A DNA stretch of 63,375 nt, the filler included, from Octopus bimaculoides (lineage: Eukaryota): assembly GCF_001194135.2 (NCBI RefSeq). It is 5 parts of 5 records of this genome, joined end to end, with 100 filler letters (N's around TTAATTAATTAA, not from the genome) between each part and the next. Parts side by side here need not be neighbours in the genome. Positions count along the whole stretch, not along the records: positions 38,083 to 61,708 come from NC_068986.1; 4 more parts are not named here. The stretch is one strand, 5' to 3'. A program made the position numbers and the translations under genes. Shown here one piece after another: positions 48,184 through 60,229 of this stretch. Under the pieces are notes generated by a model. The model ran no database searches. It was not told where the DNA came from and saw only the letters and a list, made by a program, of their open reading frames with translations. The number at the start of each line of letters is the position of its first letter. The stretch's first letter is position 1.

Positions 48184-48398
48184 CTTTTCTACTCTAGACA
48201 CAAGGTCCGAAATTTGGGGGGAGGGAAGGCCAGTCGATTAGATCGACTACAGTACGCAACTGGTACTTAATACATCGACCGCGAAAAGATGAAAGGCAAA
48301 GTCGACCTCGGCAGAATTTGAACCCAGAACGTAAAAACAGACAAAATATCGCTAAGCATTTCGCCCGGCGTGCTAACGTTTCTGTCAGCTCGCCGGCT
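48184..48398 (-). mobile_element. SINE family 2 with ~19-bp TSD
   Basis: ttatga(g/a)tgtttcaatatt on both sides. Confidence 0.88.
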
Positions 48399-48429
48399 TA
48401 TGAATGTTTCAATATTGAATATCCAATTT

Positions 48430-48605
48430 GCAAGCTGGTGGAATTGTTAGCACACCGGACAAAATGCTTTACGTTCTGAGTTCAAATTCCGCCGAGGTCG
48501 ACTTTGCCTTTCATCTTTTCGGAGTCGATGAAATAAGTACCAGTTGAGTACTGTGGTCAATGTAATCGATTTAAGCCCTCCCCCAAACTTGCTGGCCTTG
48601 TGCCA
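48430..48605 (+). mobile_element. SINE family 2, inverted relative to its neighbour
   Basis: Core identical in type; aatatt(g/a)aatatcca flanks. Confidence 0.85.
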
Positions 48606-48713
48606 ATATTAAATATCCAGCAAGAACCCTCTTAGTCCTTTCTATGCTATTCCATGATTTGNNNNNNNNNNAACCCTCTTAGTCCTTTCTATGCTATTCC
48701 ATGATTTGCTCCT

Positions 48714-48963
48714 GTGGAGCAGCCAGCTCCTATTTGCGTCATTCTCTACGATGGTCTCGGAATTTTGCTATGGCACTTTTGTACGCCCTGACCCTGTCTT
48801 TTTGGTTGTATACGGAATTAGAGAGACACATGTAGCACTTCATTCACTGCAGGCAGTTCTCTGGATGCAGCCAGAAAAACAACATCAGGGTGTACAAAAG
48901 AGCCATCACAAAATTCAAGACAATCGTAGAAAATGACGCAAATGTGATCTGCCTGCTATCCAA
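48714..48963. repeat. Diverged ~100-bp inverted repeat with ~43-nt spacer
   Basis: atttgcgtcatt(c/t)tctacgat...cttttgtac.ccctga on both strands; roughly three-quarters identical by eye. Confidence 0.85.
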
Positions 48964-49609
48964 TAAGAATCTTTTAGAAGAATAATGATCACGTTGGGGA
49001 TGTAGTTCTATCCATTCTAAGGTTGTGAACGAGCAAGCGAGAAAGCGAGAGAGAGGAGGAAAGATGGGGCGAGAGAAAGAGAGAGATTGAAAGAGGGGTG
49101 GAGATATAATCACTCTGCTTTAGAGAGATAATAATTATTTCTTCTTACTGGTTGGCAAATAATGTTTCTCATAAAGCAATGAACTTAAATATTCTTCTTG
49201 ACGACTATTCAGTTTTAAATTCACTGCCTCAAGTCGATTTTAGCATTCAGAGGTTTCCATCATCGTAAAATTATAGGATTGGCGTTTAAGCCGGTGTTTA
49301 TCTCGGAATATAATTTGGTGTTTGACATAAATGTAAAGTATACATTTGTGTTATAGTGCGCAATAGTAGAAGTTCCGTTTCAGCGTTGATGCTGGTTTGT
49401 GGACATTATATAACCTTATTTGGCAAACAGCACGATTAAATGCATAAGCATCACGTCTCATTTTTTCTCTTTTACTTCGTGCATTAAAAATATATCAGGT
49501 CTACGTGAAGGCTATAAAATGAAACCTTTTCCATCTCTCTTCCATGAGAAGGAACTATAACGGAGTTATCTTGTACATAGCGAATCGGACAAACTTTAAA
49601 AATGATTAG

Positions 49610-49781
49610 TTTCAAATTTGGCACAAGACCAACAAGTTCGGAGGGGGAAGTAAGTTAATTATATCGACCTCAGTACTCAACTGGTACTTAATTTATTGAC
49701 CCCGAAAGGATGAAAGGCGAGATCGACTCGGTGGAATTTGAGCTCTTGAACACCTAAAGGCGAACGAAATGCTGCTAAGCA
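49610..49781 (-). mobile_element. SINE family 2, 5'-truncated
   Basis: Core and tail match. Confidence 0.8.
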
Positions 49782-49823
49782 CAATAATAATNNNNNNNNN
49801 NTAATAATAATAACAACAACAAC

Positions 49824-49897
<74 letters not shown>

Positions 49898-49924
49898 TGA
49901 TGATAATGATAATGATAATGATAA

Positions 49925-50126
49925 TGATAAAACTTGAAACAAAAATTAGCAAAATGTGGAACCTGGAGACTAAAACAATACCTGTTGTCATAGGTGCCCT
50001 GAGAATGATAACGAAGGGGGCTGATTGCTACCTAGCTCAGATACCAGGTAACCTCAAAATGGCAGAAATTCAAGAGATAGTGCTCATGGGAACTGCCCAT
50101 ATCCTACGCAAAATACTTTCTATGTA
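49925..50126 (+). mobile_element. R4/Dong-like LINE 3' fragment (end of RLE domain)
   Basis: KLETKISKMWNLETKTIPVVIGAL...EIQEIVLMGTAHILRKILSM*, directly after (AAT)n. Confidence 0.8.
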
Positions 50127-50127
50127 A

Positions 50128-50462
50128 CCTCGGGCATGTGTCTTCTACTATAGCCTCGGACCGACCAAAGCCTTGTGAATGGATTTGGCAGACGGAAACT
50201 GAAAGAAGCCCGTCGTATATATATTTATATATACATATATGTGTGTGTGTGTGTTGTATGTGTGTCTGTGTTTGTTCCCCACCATCGCTTGACAACCGAC
50301 GGTGGCGTGTCTACATCCGCGTAACTTAGCGGTTCAGCAAAAGAGACCGATAGAATAAGTACTAGGCTTACAAAGAATAAGTCCTCGGGTCGATTTGTTC
50401 GACTAAAGGCGGTGCTCCAGCATGGTCGCAGTCAAATGACGGGAGCAAATAAAAGAAGAAAG
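50128..50462 (+). mobile_element. SINE family 3, 5'-truncated
   Basis: Starts at cctcgggcatgtgtcttc directly after the LINE stop codon. Confidence 0.88.
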
Positions 50463-50464
50463 AA

Positions 50465-50657
50465 AAAGAAAACATATATAATTCCTTAAAATTTGAAATT
50501 GCCAAAATTTGGAGTATGAAAACTGTAAATGTTCGACCTGTAATAATTGGTGGGTGCATTGGGAACTGTAAACAAAGAGATAGAGGAACGGTTGAAAGAA
50601 AATTGGAATGGAATGTCCAGGCGAGCTTCTACAGAAAGTTTGCTTCTTAAGGACAGG
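50465..50657 (+). mobile_element. Second R4-like RLE C-terminal fragment
   Basis: KYIILKFEIAKIWSMKTVNVRPVIIG, the same motif as above but more diverged. Confidence 0.55.
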
Positions 50658-51241
50658 NNNNNNNNNNATGATAATAATTATGATAATGATAATAATAATA
50701 AGCGTAAAATATGCTTATGAAAAGTGTGTTAGTATGTTAATTGATAATTGATATCAGAGAATTTGAATACACAATTTGTCGTAATTTTGGTGTTATTCTA
50801 GGAATTAAATTTGGGTTTTTTTTTATGACGCTGAGATACAAAAGTAGAATTTAAACTCTTGTACATGATTACACTAGATCCGGCTAAAATTACACTCTAT
50901 CCTTTTAAAAACAGCAATCATTAAAGACTACAGTCATAGACATAATGCCTCAAAAAGATAAGTAAATAAGTGTAAACGGTGATGGCCATTCCTAGATTGT
51001 ATACTCGTTTTCATACACTTTAACAACTACAATAACAGTTTTAAAAACAAAAATCTCAAACAGAAAACGTTATAATCAGAGCATATATTAACTTCTTCCT
51101 GAAGTTTAATAAAGTTCCACAAATCGATGTACAGCAGTATAGAATCTGTATTAAACGAGTTTCTCACTCGTAGATTAAATTCAGAGATGGATGAGGCGTG
51201 ACTGAGTTTATTTTTTCTCTTTGGTTAACCAGTCTGGAATA

Positions 51242-51545
51242 TATTGGGTCGTCCCATAAATGCGGCTTTTTATACTTTTTTATACTTTTTTTAAATATTT
51301 TTTCAAAATTAAGAAAAACAAATACTTTTTAAATCTAATATATACTCTCCTTCACTTTCTAGTGCTCTTCCATCTATCTGCTAGACTTACAAGGCCCCTC
51401 TTCCAAAATTCATTTGCCTGTGACGAAAAATACTCCTCCAGTATTGTTTTGACCTCGTCTACAGAATTCATATTTTTCCGTCCAAAAGGTTTTGAAGACT
51501 GCGGAATAAATGATAATCAGATGGAGTAATGTTCGGCCATACGCA
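51242..51545 (-). mobile_element. Mariner 3' fragment with TIR
   Basis: PNITPSDYHLFRSLQNLLDGK...EFWKRGLVSLADRWK; TIR tattgggtcgtcccataaatgcgg. Confidence 0.8.
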
Positions 51546-51594
51546 GCTGACATTTTCTTTTATACACTGCAAAATAACCTGAGAGTTTTTATCA

Positions 51595-51654
<60 letters not shown>

Positions 51655-51656
<2 letters not shown>

Positions 51657-52150
51657 GTTCCTTTCAGAAAACAATCTACTTCCAGTAGAACAAAAAGGAT
51701 GCCGAAAAGGATCCAAGAATACCAAGGACCACCTTGTGATAGACAAGGCTGTAATGAAGAACTGTAAACGGTACCAAAAGAACTTGCGCATGACCTGGGT
51801 AGACTTCAAAAAGACTTACGACATGTTGCCGCATTCGTGGATTTTGGAAACAATCGACATGTGTGGAATAGCTGAGAATGGAATACAGAAGACGCTAAGG
51901 ATAATACAACATCGTGAGTATGGTTTGAGCGAGGTGATTTGAAGCGTACCACCAAAAGCCTGATCATTGCTGCATAAGACCATGCTTTCGCTACCAATTC
52001 AGTGAAGTATAACATCTATAAAACTTCTGACACCCAGAAATGCAGACTGTGGAAAGTGTGTAAAAAATGTGACCCACTTGGTAAGTGGATCTGAGAGCCT
52101 TGCACAAAAAGAATGCAAGCGCCACCACGATAAAGTTTGTGTGTGTCTTC
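51655..52150 (+). mobile_element. R4/Dong-like LINE, internally deleted (RT start fused to zinc-knuckle region)
   Basis: FLSENNLLPVEQKGCRKGS...WVDFKKTYDMLPHSWILE, then KCRL.KVCKNVTHLVSG...KRHHDKV. Begins right after (AAT)n. Confidence 0.8.
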
Positions 52151-52212
52151 ATTGGCTCTAATGCCAGAAATACCACTGATTAAGAACAGCATTCCTAGTT
52201 GGAAAACACGTC

Positions 52213-52301
52213 TTTTATCCACAGTGCCACGCAGTGGGACTGAACCCACAACCATGTGGTTGGTAAGCAAGCTACTTACCATACAGCCACTCCTGCGCCT
52301 A
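52213..52301 (-). mobile_element. SINE family 3 head fragment
   Basis: Near-consensus gtgccacgcagtgggactgaaccc...ctcctgcgccta. Confidence 0.85.
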
Positions 52302-52465
52302 TATATGCAACTATTTATTCATATGTGTGTGTCAGTGTATACAGTGTTACACACACCCACACCACTTGACATCTGGTGTTCGTCTGTTTACGTCGCCATA
52401 ACCTTATCGGTTCGGCAAAAGAGACCGATAGAATGAGTATCGGACTTTAAAAAAATACTGAGATC

Positions 52466-52610
52466 AATTTAGAAATAATACATTTCTAAATCTCTCAGAG
52501 AGATTTATGCAGTAGTGATACGATGAAGTAGTTGTATGCTGTCAACTTAATGCGACAGTCCCATGAAGGGAATAATACTACTGTTGTTTAGACCTAGGAA
52601 GCTGCACCTG
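52466..52610 (-). mobile_element. Fragment of the same PLE-type family as 44157-44529
   Basis: Direct similarity to the reverse complement of 44401-44530 (gtgatacg.tgaagta.ttgtatgctgtcaacttaat...gacctaggaagctgca). Confidence 0.7.
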
Positions 52611-53159
52611 CTCTTATATGTTGGTAACAATCATGAGGATGTTACTTCCCTCATTTAATCATCACAACCGCTGCCAGGATGTTGCTCCTAGCTGCGTGTC
52701 ATTGCCGTCAAGATGCTATACATGTCAGTAAGTCCAGTTTATCTGTTGGTCACCTCCGTCTGAACATCATGCCATATCAAGTTCACACGCGATCGACATA
52801 ATATAGCACCGGCCATTATGATGTTAAGTCCATCTGTTAGTCACAGCCAGCAGAATGTTAGAGAGAAAAAAGAAAATAGTTTCGTATTAGCGAAAAGATT
52901 TTCAGGAATTTCAGTGATGATTAATTATAGAAATAGTTTCACTTTACTTTACCTCGTAATAACTAAATATATACAAAAATAACAAAAATGTCTGCCGAGT
53001 GAGAGACGCTAGATAAGTATTTTACACTGTATACCATGAATGACGTCTTTGTCGAGCAATCTAAGCACTATCACTTTTTTTCTTAATGTCTTTCTATCTT
53101 TCTGTCTTTTTATTTTCATTCAATTTTCCTTTTGTTTCTTTTCTTCAATCTCCCTTCCT

Positions 53160-53160
53160 C

Positions 53161-53236
<76 letters not shown>

Positions 53237-53397
53237 CAATCTCATCACTGTCTGTATCATATCTCTGTCTCATCTCTCTCCCTCTCTCTCTCTCATTGTG
53301 TTTGTGTGTGTGTCAGTCTCATATCTCTCTGTCTCCTCTCCTCTCTCTCTCTCATACATATTCTCTCTCTTTTTCACACACAAACATACTCTCTTTC

Positions 53398-53453
<56 letters not shown>

Positions 53454-53480
53454 TCTCTCTCTCTCTCTCTCTCCCTCTCT
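53160..53480. repeat. (CT)n-rich compound microsatellite
   Basis: Directly visible. Many other (TA)n, (CA)n, (CATA)n, (AAT)n, (GAT)n, (GAAA)n and (TATC)n tracts occur throughout and flank most gaps. Confidence 0.95.
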
Positions 53481-54220
53481 TACTCACTTTCTTTTCTTCC
53501 TATTCACTAATATAATTTCGTTGTATTTTCTTTTTAATTCTAGTCTTTCCGCATTCCCTTACTGTTAACTGCTTTGTGTTGTCAGACATTTTTGTTTTAT
53601 TTCTCTGCATTTTTTCTTCTAATTTTCTATTGTTTTCTTTGAAAATACTTATATCTTGTTTGTTTGTTTTTTTCTTTCCCATCGTTCCACCTTTTTCTTT
53701 CCTCTTTCCTTCCTTTTTCGTTCCATTCTTTTATGAAGACTTCCTTCCTTTCTATCTTTTCTTCCATCAATCTTTCCTTCAAACATTAAATTTCCGCCAT
53801 TCCTTCTCACGTTTTCGTTCTCTCTGTCTCCGTTTTTGCTTCAGTCTCTCTCTCTCTCTCTCTCTCTCGTCAATCATCCACCAACCTACAATTCCTTCTT
53901 CCTTCCATTGTCCCATCCCTCGCCTACCTTCCTCTCTCTTCCCTTTCCTTTCCATCTTTTCTGTCACAACTTTCAAACTCCCCCCCTCTAGCTTCCCTCC
54001 CTCCTACCTCTTACCAAAGATGTGTTTGGTTTGTGGTTTGCGAAGATTTAGTGCAGAGAAGACAATTAACCGCAAGCAATATGAATGAATTACAAAGTTA
54101 GTAAAGCAAATACTTTCTTTTATAAACAATATAAATTTTAAATATAGGTACCGACCGCCAAAACTATTAACATCGGGGTATAATCGTTTTATCAAGTACT
54201 CCAGTTACGTAACTATTATT

Positions 54221-54647
54221 CTTTTCTACTCTAGGTACAAGACCCGAAATTTTGGGGGATGGGGCTGGTCGATTAGATTGACCCCAGTACGCAACTGGTA
54301 CTTAATTTATCGACCCCGAAAGGATGAAAGGCAAAGTTTAGCTCGGCGGAATTTGAACTCAGAACGTAAAGAAAGACGAAATACCGCTAAGCATTTCGGC
54401 CGGCGTGCTAACGTTTCTTATTTCTTTATTGCCCACAAGGGGCCAAATATAGAGGGGACAAACAAGGAGAGATAAAGGGATTAAGTCGATCACATCGACT
54501 CCAGTGCTTAACTGGTACTTGATTTATCGACCCCGAAAGGATGAAAGGCAAAGTTGACCTCGGCGGAATTTGAACTCAGAACATAAAGACAGATAAAATA
54601 CCGTTAAGCATTTCGCCCGGTGTACTAACGTTTCTGCCAGCTCGCCG
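54221..54647 (-). mobile_element. SINE family 2 head-to-tail dimer, copy 2
   Basis: Same junction gctaacgtttc|ttatttctttattgcccacaag as copy 1. Confidence 0.85.
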
Positions 54648-55008
54648 TAGTCCAACGATTGAAATAAGTAATACATAAAAGATAAACACAGCAAGACTTC
54701 GTAGCTAAACAAAGTGAGTGTTACCCTTTTTCGAGTATCACCAAGTATACAAATATACGACAGCATTTATTATAAGAGTGGTAAATAACTACACATTGAG
54801 TCCAGTAAAATTAAGAGATATCCATTCGCTTATCTGGAACTGTAATATGAAACTGGCTGAATGGTATAAGTTAGCAATACATATGCACAGTGGCGGACTG
54901 GGTCTAAAAATATTGGTTGCCAGGAGACTAAGGGAACCCATCCGCTACTATAATGCTATCATTTATTTTTATTTATTTATCTTTTTTGTTAAAAGTATTC
55001 TTTTTAAC

Positions 55009-55194
55009 AGTGGAGACGCGGTTTCCAATCCCAGACCGGGCGTTGTGTGTGTTTATTGAGCGAAACACCTAAGCTTCACGAGGCTCCGGCAGGGGGAAAG
55101 GCGACCCCTGTTGTAGTCTTTCGCCCCAACTTTCTCTCACTCTTTCTTCCTGTTTCTTGAGTAATGCTGCGCTGGACTGGCGTCCCGTCCAGCT
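55009..55194 (+). mobile_element. SINE family 1 body fused to the family-4 central motif
   Basis: Family-1 sequence to ttcctgtttc, then gctgcgctggactggcgtcccgtcca as in 42995-43254. Cut by a gap. Confidence 0.75.
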
Positions 55195-56660
55195 NNNNNN
55201 NNNNNNNNNNNNNNNNNNNNNNNNNNNNNNNNNNNNNNNNNNNNNNNNNNNNNNNNNNNNNNNNNNNNNNNNNNNNNNNNNNNNNNNNNNNNNNNNNNNN
55301 NNNNNNNNNNNNNNNNNNNNNNNNNNNNNNNNNNNNNNNNNNNNNNNNNNNNNNNNNNNNNNNNNNNNNNNNNNNNNNNNNNNNNNNNNNNNNNNNNNNN
55401 NNNNNNNNNNNNNNNNNNNNNNNNNNNNNNNNNNNNNNNNNNNNNNNNNNNNNNNNNNNNNNNNNNNNNNNNNNNNNNNNNNNNNNNNNNNNNNNNNNNN
55501 NNNNNNNNNNNNNNNNNNNNNNNNNNNNNNNNNNNNNNNNNNNNNNNNNNNNNNNNNNNNNNNNNNNNNNNNNNNNNNNNNNNNNNNNNNNNNNNNNNNN
55601 NNNNNNNNNNNNNNNNNNNNNNNNNNNNNNNNNNNNNNNNNNNNNNNNNNNNNNNNNNNNNNNNNNNNNNNNNNNNNNNNNNNNNNNNNNNNNNNNNNNN
55701 NNNNTTTTTTTTTCCTTTTAATTTACGAACAAGAACGATTTTGGAATTGAAAACAAAACAATGATATTTCTTTTGTGTGATGGAAAAATACACAGAAAAC
55801 AAATGGAAACAATTTTATTTTATTTTATGTCATCTGCGACAATACAACAATTTTCATGTCTGCCAGACAAGAAAGATCAAACACTAACCTCCTCCTCCTA
55901 GCTTTTACTTCTAAGAGAATCAGTTTCTTTTTCCCCCACCTTATTTTCTTCTTTATTCACTTTTGATCTCGCTTCCTGTTTCTATTAATTCCACTTATCA
56001 TGAAGATAACTTACAACTTCAAGAGACAGACAGATCAATCCCTGTCAGTTGGCGAACAAGTTGAAGAATTTAGAGAGAAACAATAGCCATATATCAACAC
56101 AAGACCATAACTCTTCGAAACGGAAACGTGAAGTACGATTTGCGGTGAGGGTAATCTTGTAATCTTGTACAAGTGAAAGGCTTGTGTCGACTCGAGTTAA
56201 CGACATGTTTTTCATCCATCTTCGGAGAAATTCACATCACTTGGTACTGCTAATGACATTGGGAAAAGTTTAACTAAACCGTCATATTTCCTACACGGCA
56301 CCTGGTAGAATATTAAGCCTTTGAGCTGTAGAAATAATACGCTTGCGATGACTTACTGAATGGTTTTCAATCAAACTGTGGAGCAATTATATCGCTTGGA
56401 GCAGTTAATGATAATGGAAAAAGCTTTAATCGTCGCATTTCCCACACCTCACCTTCTAATATATTAAACCTCTGATTTTAGTAAAAAATCGCCAATTATA
56501 CTTAAGTATGCACTTATTTTTGACGATGATACTTCTAATTAAACAAAAACAAACCTGATTTTTACAGTGCCAACAATAGATTTTACAAGTATAAAGTAAC
56601 AAACAGACCAATAGCCTTCCGAGGTCGATAAAATAAGTACCAGTTGAGCGCCGGTATAAA

Positions 56661-56980
56661 TACGAGGGTGGGTCAAAAAGTAATGCAATTTTGTTTAGGA
56701 CAGGTATAATTACCAACACAGGAACATGTGTCATACATCAAAATGAAGCTGGTCCTCTGTGGATCACATCCCTACTTCTCAACATAGTCACCGTTTCTCT
56801 CAATAGCAATGTTCCACCTTCGAATGAGAGCATGTATCCCTGCCCTGTAAAATTCCGTTGACTGTTCTTTAAGCCACTTCTTCACTACAGTTTTCACTTT
56901 CTCGTCACTGGAATAATTTAGCGCCTTCAGACTATCATCTCTTCGACCCCATGAAAGAGGGTTTGAGAGGCAAACATTAT
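56661..56980 (-). mobile_element. Mariner 3' fragment with TIR and a locally inverted segment
   Basis: TIR tacgagggtgggtcaaaaagtaatgc. Minus YSSDEKVKTVVKKWLKEQSTEFYRAGIHALIRRWNIAIERNGDYVEK*. 56918-56980 reads LAPSDYHLFDPMKEGLRGKHY on the plus strand. Confidence 0.85.
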
Positions 56981-57130
56981 ATNNNNNNNNNNNNNNNNNN
57001 NNNNNNNNNNNNNNNNNNNNNNNNNNNNNNNNNNNNNNNNNNNNNNNNNNNNNNNNNNNNNNNNNNNNNNNNNNNNNNNNNNNNNNNNNNNNNNNNNNNN
57101 NNNNNNNNNNNNNNNNNNNNNNNNNNNNNN

Positions 57131-57187
<57 letters not shown>

Positions 57188-57262
57188 TTAGGGACAAAAT
57201 CCTATATGTGATAGTGGATTTTCATCGATGAGTTCTTGAAAATTGGTTATTTTCCCTAAAAC

Positions 57263-57297
<35 letters not shown>

Positions 57298-57510
57298 CGT
57301 GCATACATGTATGTATGTATGCATGTATACATACATACGACTTACATATTTTGACTGTGTATAGCTTGCACTGATAAATTTGTAGGTACTAAAGTAGTTC
57401 ATAATGATATAAAAATCTCTCTAAGTCACAATATGCAATTTACCGCTAAAAGTTCTTTTAAAGTAGCAACAAAGCGACGTTTTATAATTCGAACTTAAAA
57501 TCTCTCTATA

Positions 57511-57562
<52 letters not shown>

Positions 57563-59286
57563 CATCTCTCTCTCATTTTCTCTCTCTCGCTCTCTCCATA
57601 TATGTGCGCGTGTGCGTGTGTGTGTGTGTGTGCGTGTTTGCCTATCTTTTATACATCCGTGAGTGATTTTTTTTTATGTCTAGGTGTCCGTGAATGCTTG
57701 TGTGCGTACGTGCGGGTGTGCTTATGTTCGTGTGTGTTTGTATGTGGGAGGGGCATGCAGGCGTGCATGCGTTGCAGTACATCTTTGTGCATTGCAGCAA
57801 ACGTTTTCCGTCTAATCCTTATCGAATAGTTTATGAAGAAACTTCAGGCTCTCTTAGTGAAGTCACTAGAAAAATTTGAACCTTTTCGATACGATCTTTT
57901 AAATGTCATGCCTTTTCATAGCGAGCATTTCATATACGAAATCATAAATTGTACCCAAAAGCAGTTGCTAAGTTCTACAAAATCTAGATACGGCACGGCA
58001 GTTTATTTTGGTCGTGACTTTCAAATGCTTCTCAGTGATCTCCATCAGTAGAAATCTGGTTAAACTGTCTTGTAGGGCATAAGTATTTACGCTATATGAG
58101 CTGCTAGCTTCTAGTATAAAATAACGTATTTGATGGCATGAAAGGATCATAGACCTTGTAGATGCACCCAAAATTCAGCAGTACATAATCTGCAAAACAT
58201 GAACGCCAGGGACAAAATTAGCTTATGGGAGGTCCAACTTCGCAAATATTATCCGTGGTGATTTTTTTAAAGCATTTTTGGGAATAAAAGTACGTCTTAT
58301 ATGCCGTTAAGTGCTGTGGTATATATATTTCTCCAAGATGTCCAGGAGTATAATTAAGTATGTTGAAAATTAGCTTGAATTTGTTTGGATTGACTTATAT
58401 TCTTGTTCTAGTTAGTCGAAAGAGAAGAGGTCATGAACCTTAACACATCATCCTAGACTGGCGAGATTGCTACATATGATACCAGTTTGAACTTTCGTAG
58501 GTCAAGGTCTGAAGGGAAAACCTGAGTGTGTTCATATTTAGCATGTAATGACTGGACGAACGTTTAGTGCAGGATGTGAGAGGTTTAAGAGAGTGTTGAT
58601 AACAAGAAGAGACAGTTGTGTCGCGCGGACCTGCTTGGAAGAGAAGTGAAGTATGTGGTCAGCTGGTTTAGAGGATAGGAAACCGTTAAGAGGACCAGAA
58701 GCCAGAGAAGAAATAATGTGTGATCCCGCTGTTGAAACGTTTGTGAACGAATCTTTGCCAATAAGCTGAATGTTTGTGTGAATCAATGATAGTATCCCAA
58801 ATATGCAAGTAGAAGTATTTTTGTCATTGTTTATCATGGCGAGTTGGCTGCTTGGTTCCAGAAAAAAACAGTGATAAAGGAATCATCTCAACGCACTTTG
58901 TAAATGGAACGAATGATAGCTTCATTGACACCAAGCTCGCAGCCCACAGCAGAGAATCTTCGGCTTTCACGTCATTTTCTTGGTCGTTTCTACCTTTATC
59001 TGCGTCATTTGTTTGGATCAGGTGCATTCGTATCCTGCTCATTGATACCATGTTGATGGGTATGAGTACGTAAATCCGTACAGAAACAAATACGCAGCAC
59101 AGCACGTAAACACAAGCGGTAGTAAGTGCATTCTGGGTAGCTGAGGATTGTGGATGGTCGTTGAGGCGTAGTTTTGCGGTACTCACCAACTCGTGTTATC
59201 ACGCATCAATCCGTGATAAGCGTAACATTGTTCACAATTGAGCGTACAGTGTTATCTCGGATGAGTGATGAATGAATCATCAATAA

Positions 59287-59521
59287 ACAAGGCGGCGAGC
59301 TGGCAGAAACGTTAGCACGCCCGGCGAAATGCTTAGCGGTATTTCGTCTGTCCTTACGTTCTCAGTTCAAATTCCGCCGAGGTCGACTCTGCCTTTCATC
59401 CTTTCGGGGTAGATTAAATAAGTACCATTTACGCACTGGGGTCGATGTAATCGACTTAATCCCTTTGTCTGTCCTTATTTGTCTCTTCTATATTTAGCCC
59501 CTGTGGGCAATGAAGAAATAA
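59287..59521 (+). mobile_element. SINE family 2 with the alternative (dimer-internal) tail
   Basis: Ends ...gtgggcaatgaagaaataag, at the dimer junction position. Confidence 0.88.
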
Positions 59522-59806
59522 GTAAACGAGGTTATACGTACTCTAATGTGCGTTTTGTCTGAGTTTTCTAAATAATCAGTAACTTGTCAAAGATGAAGTA
59601 TTTTCTTGCTCTGGAGAAAAAGCTTTGTTTAACGTTACATATGTGATGTCGTCATGAGAGAGGCAATCAGAGATTGGGTGGTTTATTTTTCGTAAAGGCT
59701 TTGAGAGCTTTAGTTATCTGTTGTTCATATGCGCTAGCTATCTGTAAAATATACAGTTCGGGTCATACGTTGCTCTAGCAGTGTAAATATACCAGATTAT
59801 TGTTTG

Positions 59807-59870
59807 AAATACCAGATTATTGCTTGAAATACTAGATTATTGCTTGAAATGTAGTCCTAATGTTGGTTTC
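59807..59870. repeat. 20-bp tandem repeat x3
   Basis: atac(c/t)agattattg(t/c)ttgaa units. Confidence 0.85.
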
Positions 59871-60044
59871 TAGCATTGGTACATGACCATGTATCTTTAA
59901 GAGAGCAAGTTTATAAGTCAATTAGAACGATTCTCTCAGTATTGGACTTCTACTTCATTTATCGATCCCCACAAGGATTAAACGGAAAATTGACATGGCA
60001 TGATTTTAACTTATAACATAGAGAATGAGATAACTAAACATTAC

Positions 60045-60229
60045 TTTCAGATTTTGGTACAAGGCCAGCAATTTCGGGGTAAGTGGTAAGTCGATAACAT
60101 CAACCATGGTACTCAGCTGTTATTTATATTATCGACAACGAAAGGACGAGGGGCAAAGTCGACCTCGGCAGAATTTAAACACAGAATGTAAAGTCGGACG
60201 AAATGCCGTAAAGATATTTTGTCCGGCGT
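60045..60229 (-). mobile_element. SINE family 2, diverged, cut by gap
   Basis: gcaaagtcgacctcggcagaattta core. Confidence 0.75.

Noticed and set aside
48626-48708. 37-bp direct repeat flanking a 10-N gap
   Set aside because: Typical unmerged contig overlap, an assembly artefact.
52213-52445. Twin-priming-like inverted SINE3 (minus head + plus 3' part)
   Set aside because: The halves differ greatly in divergence and are separated by filler; two independent insertions are simpler.
57790-58320. 72-aa ORF and pogo-like terminal motif
   Set aside because: No DDE or other motif identifiable; the TIR resemblance is too degenerate.
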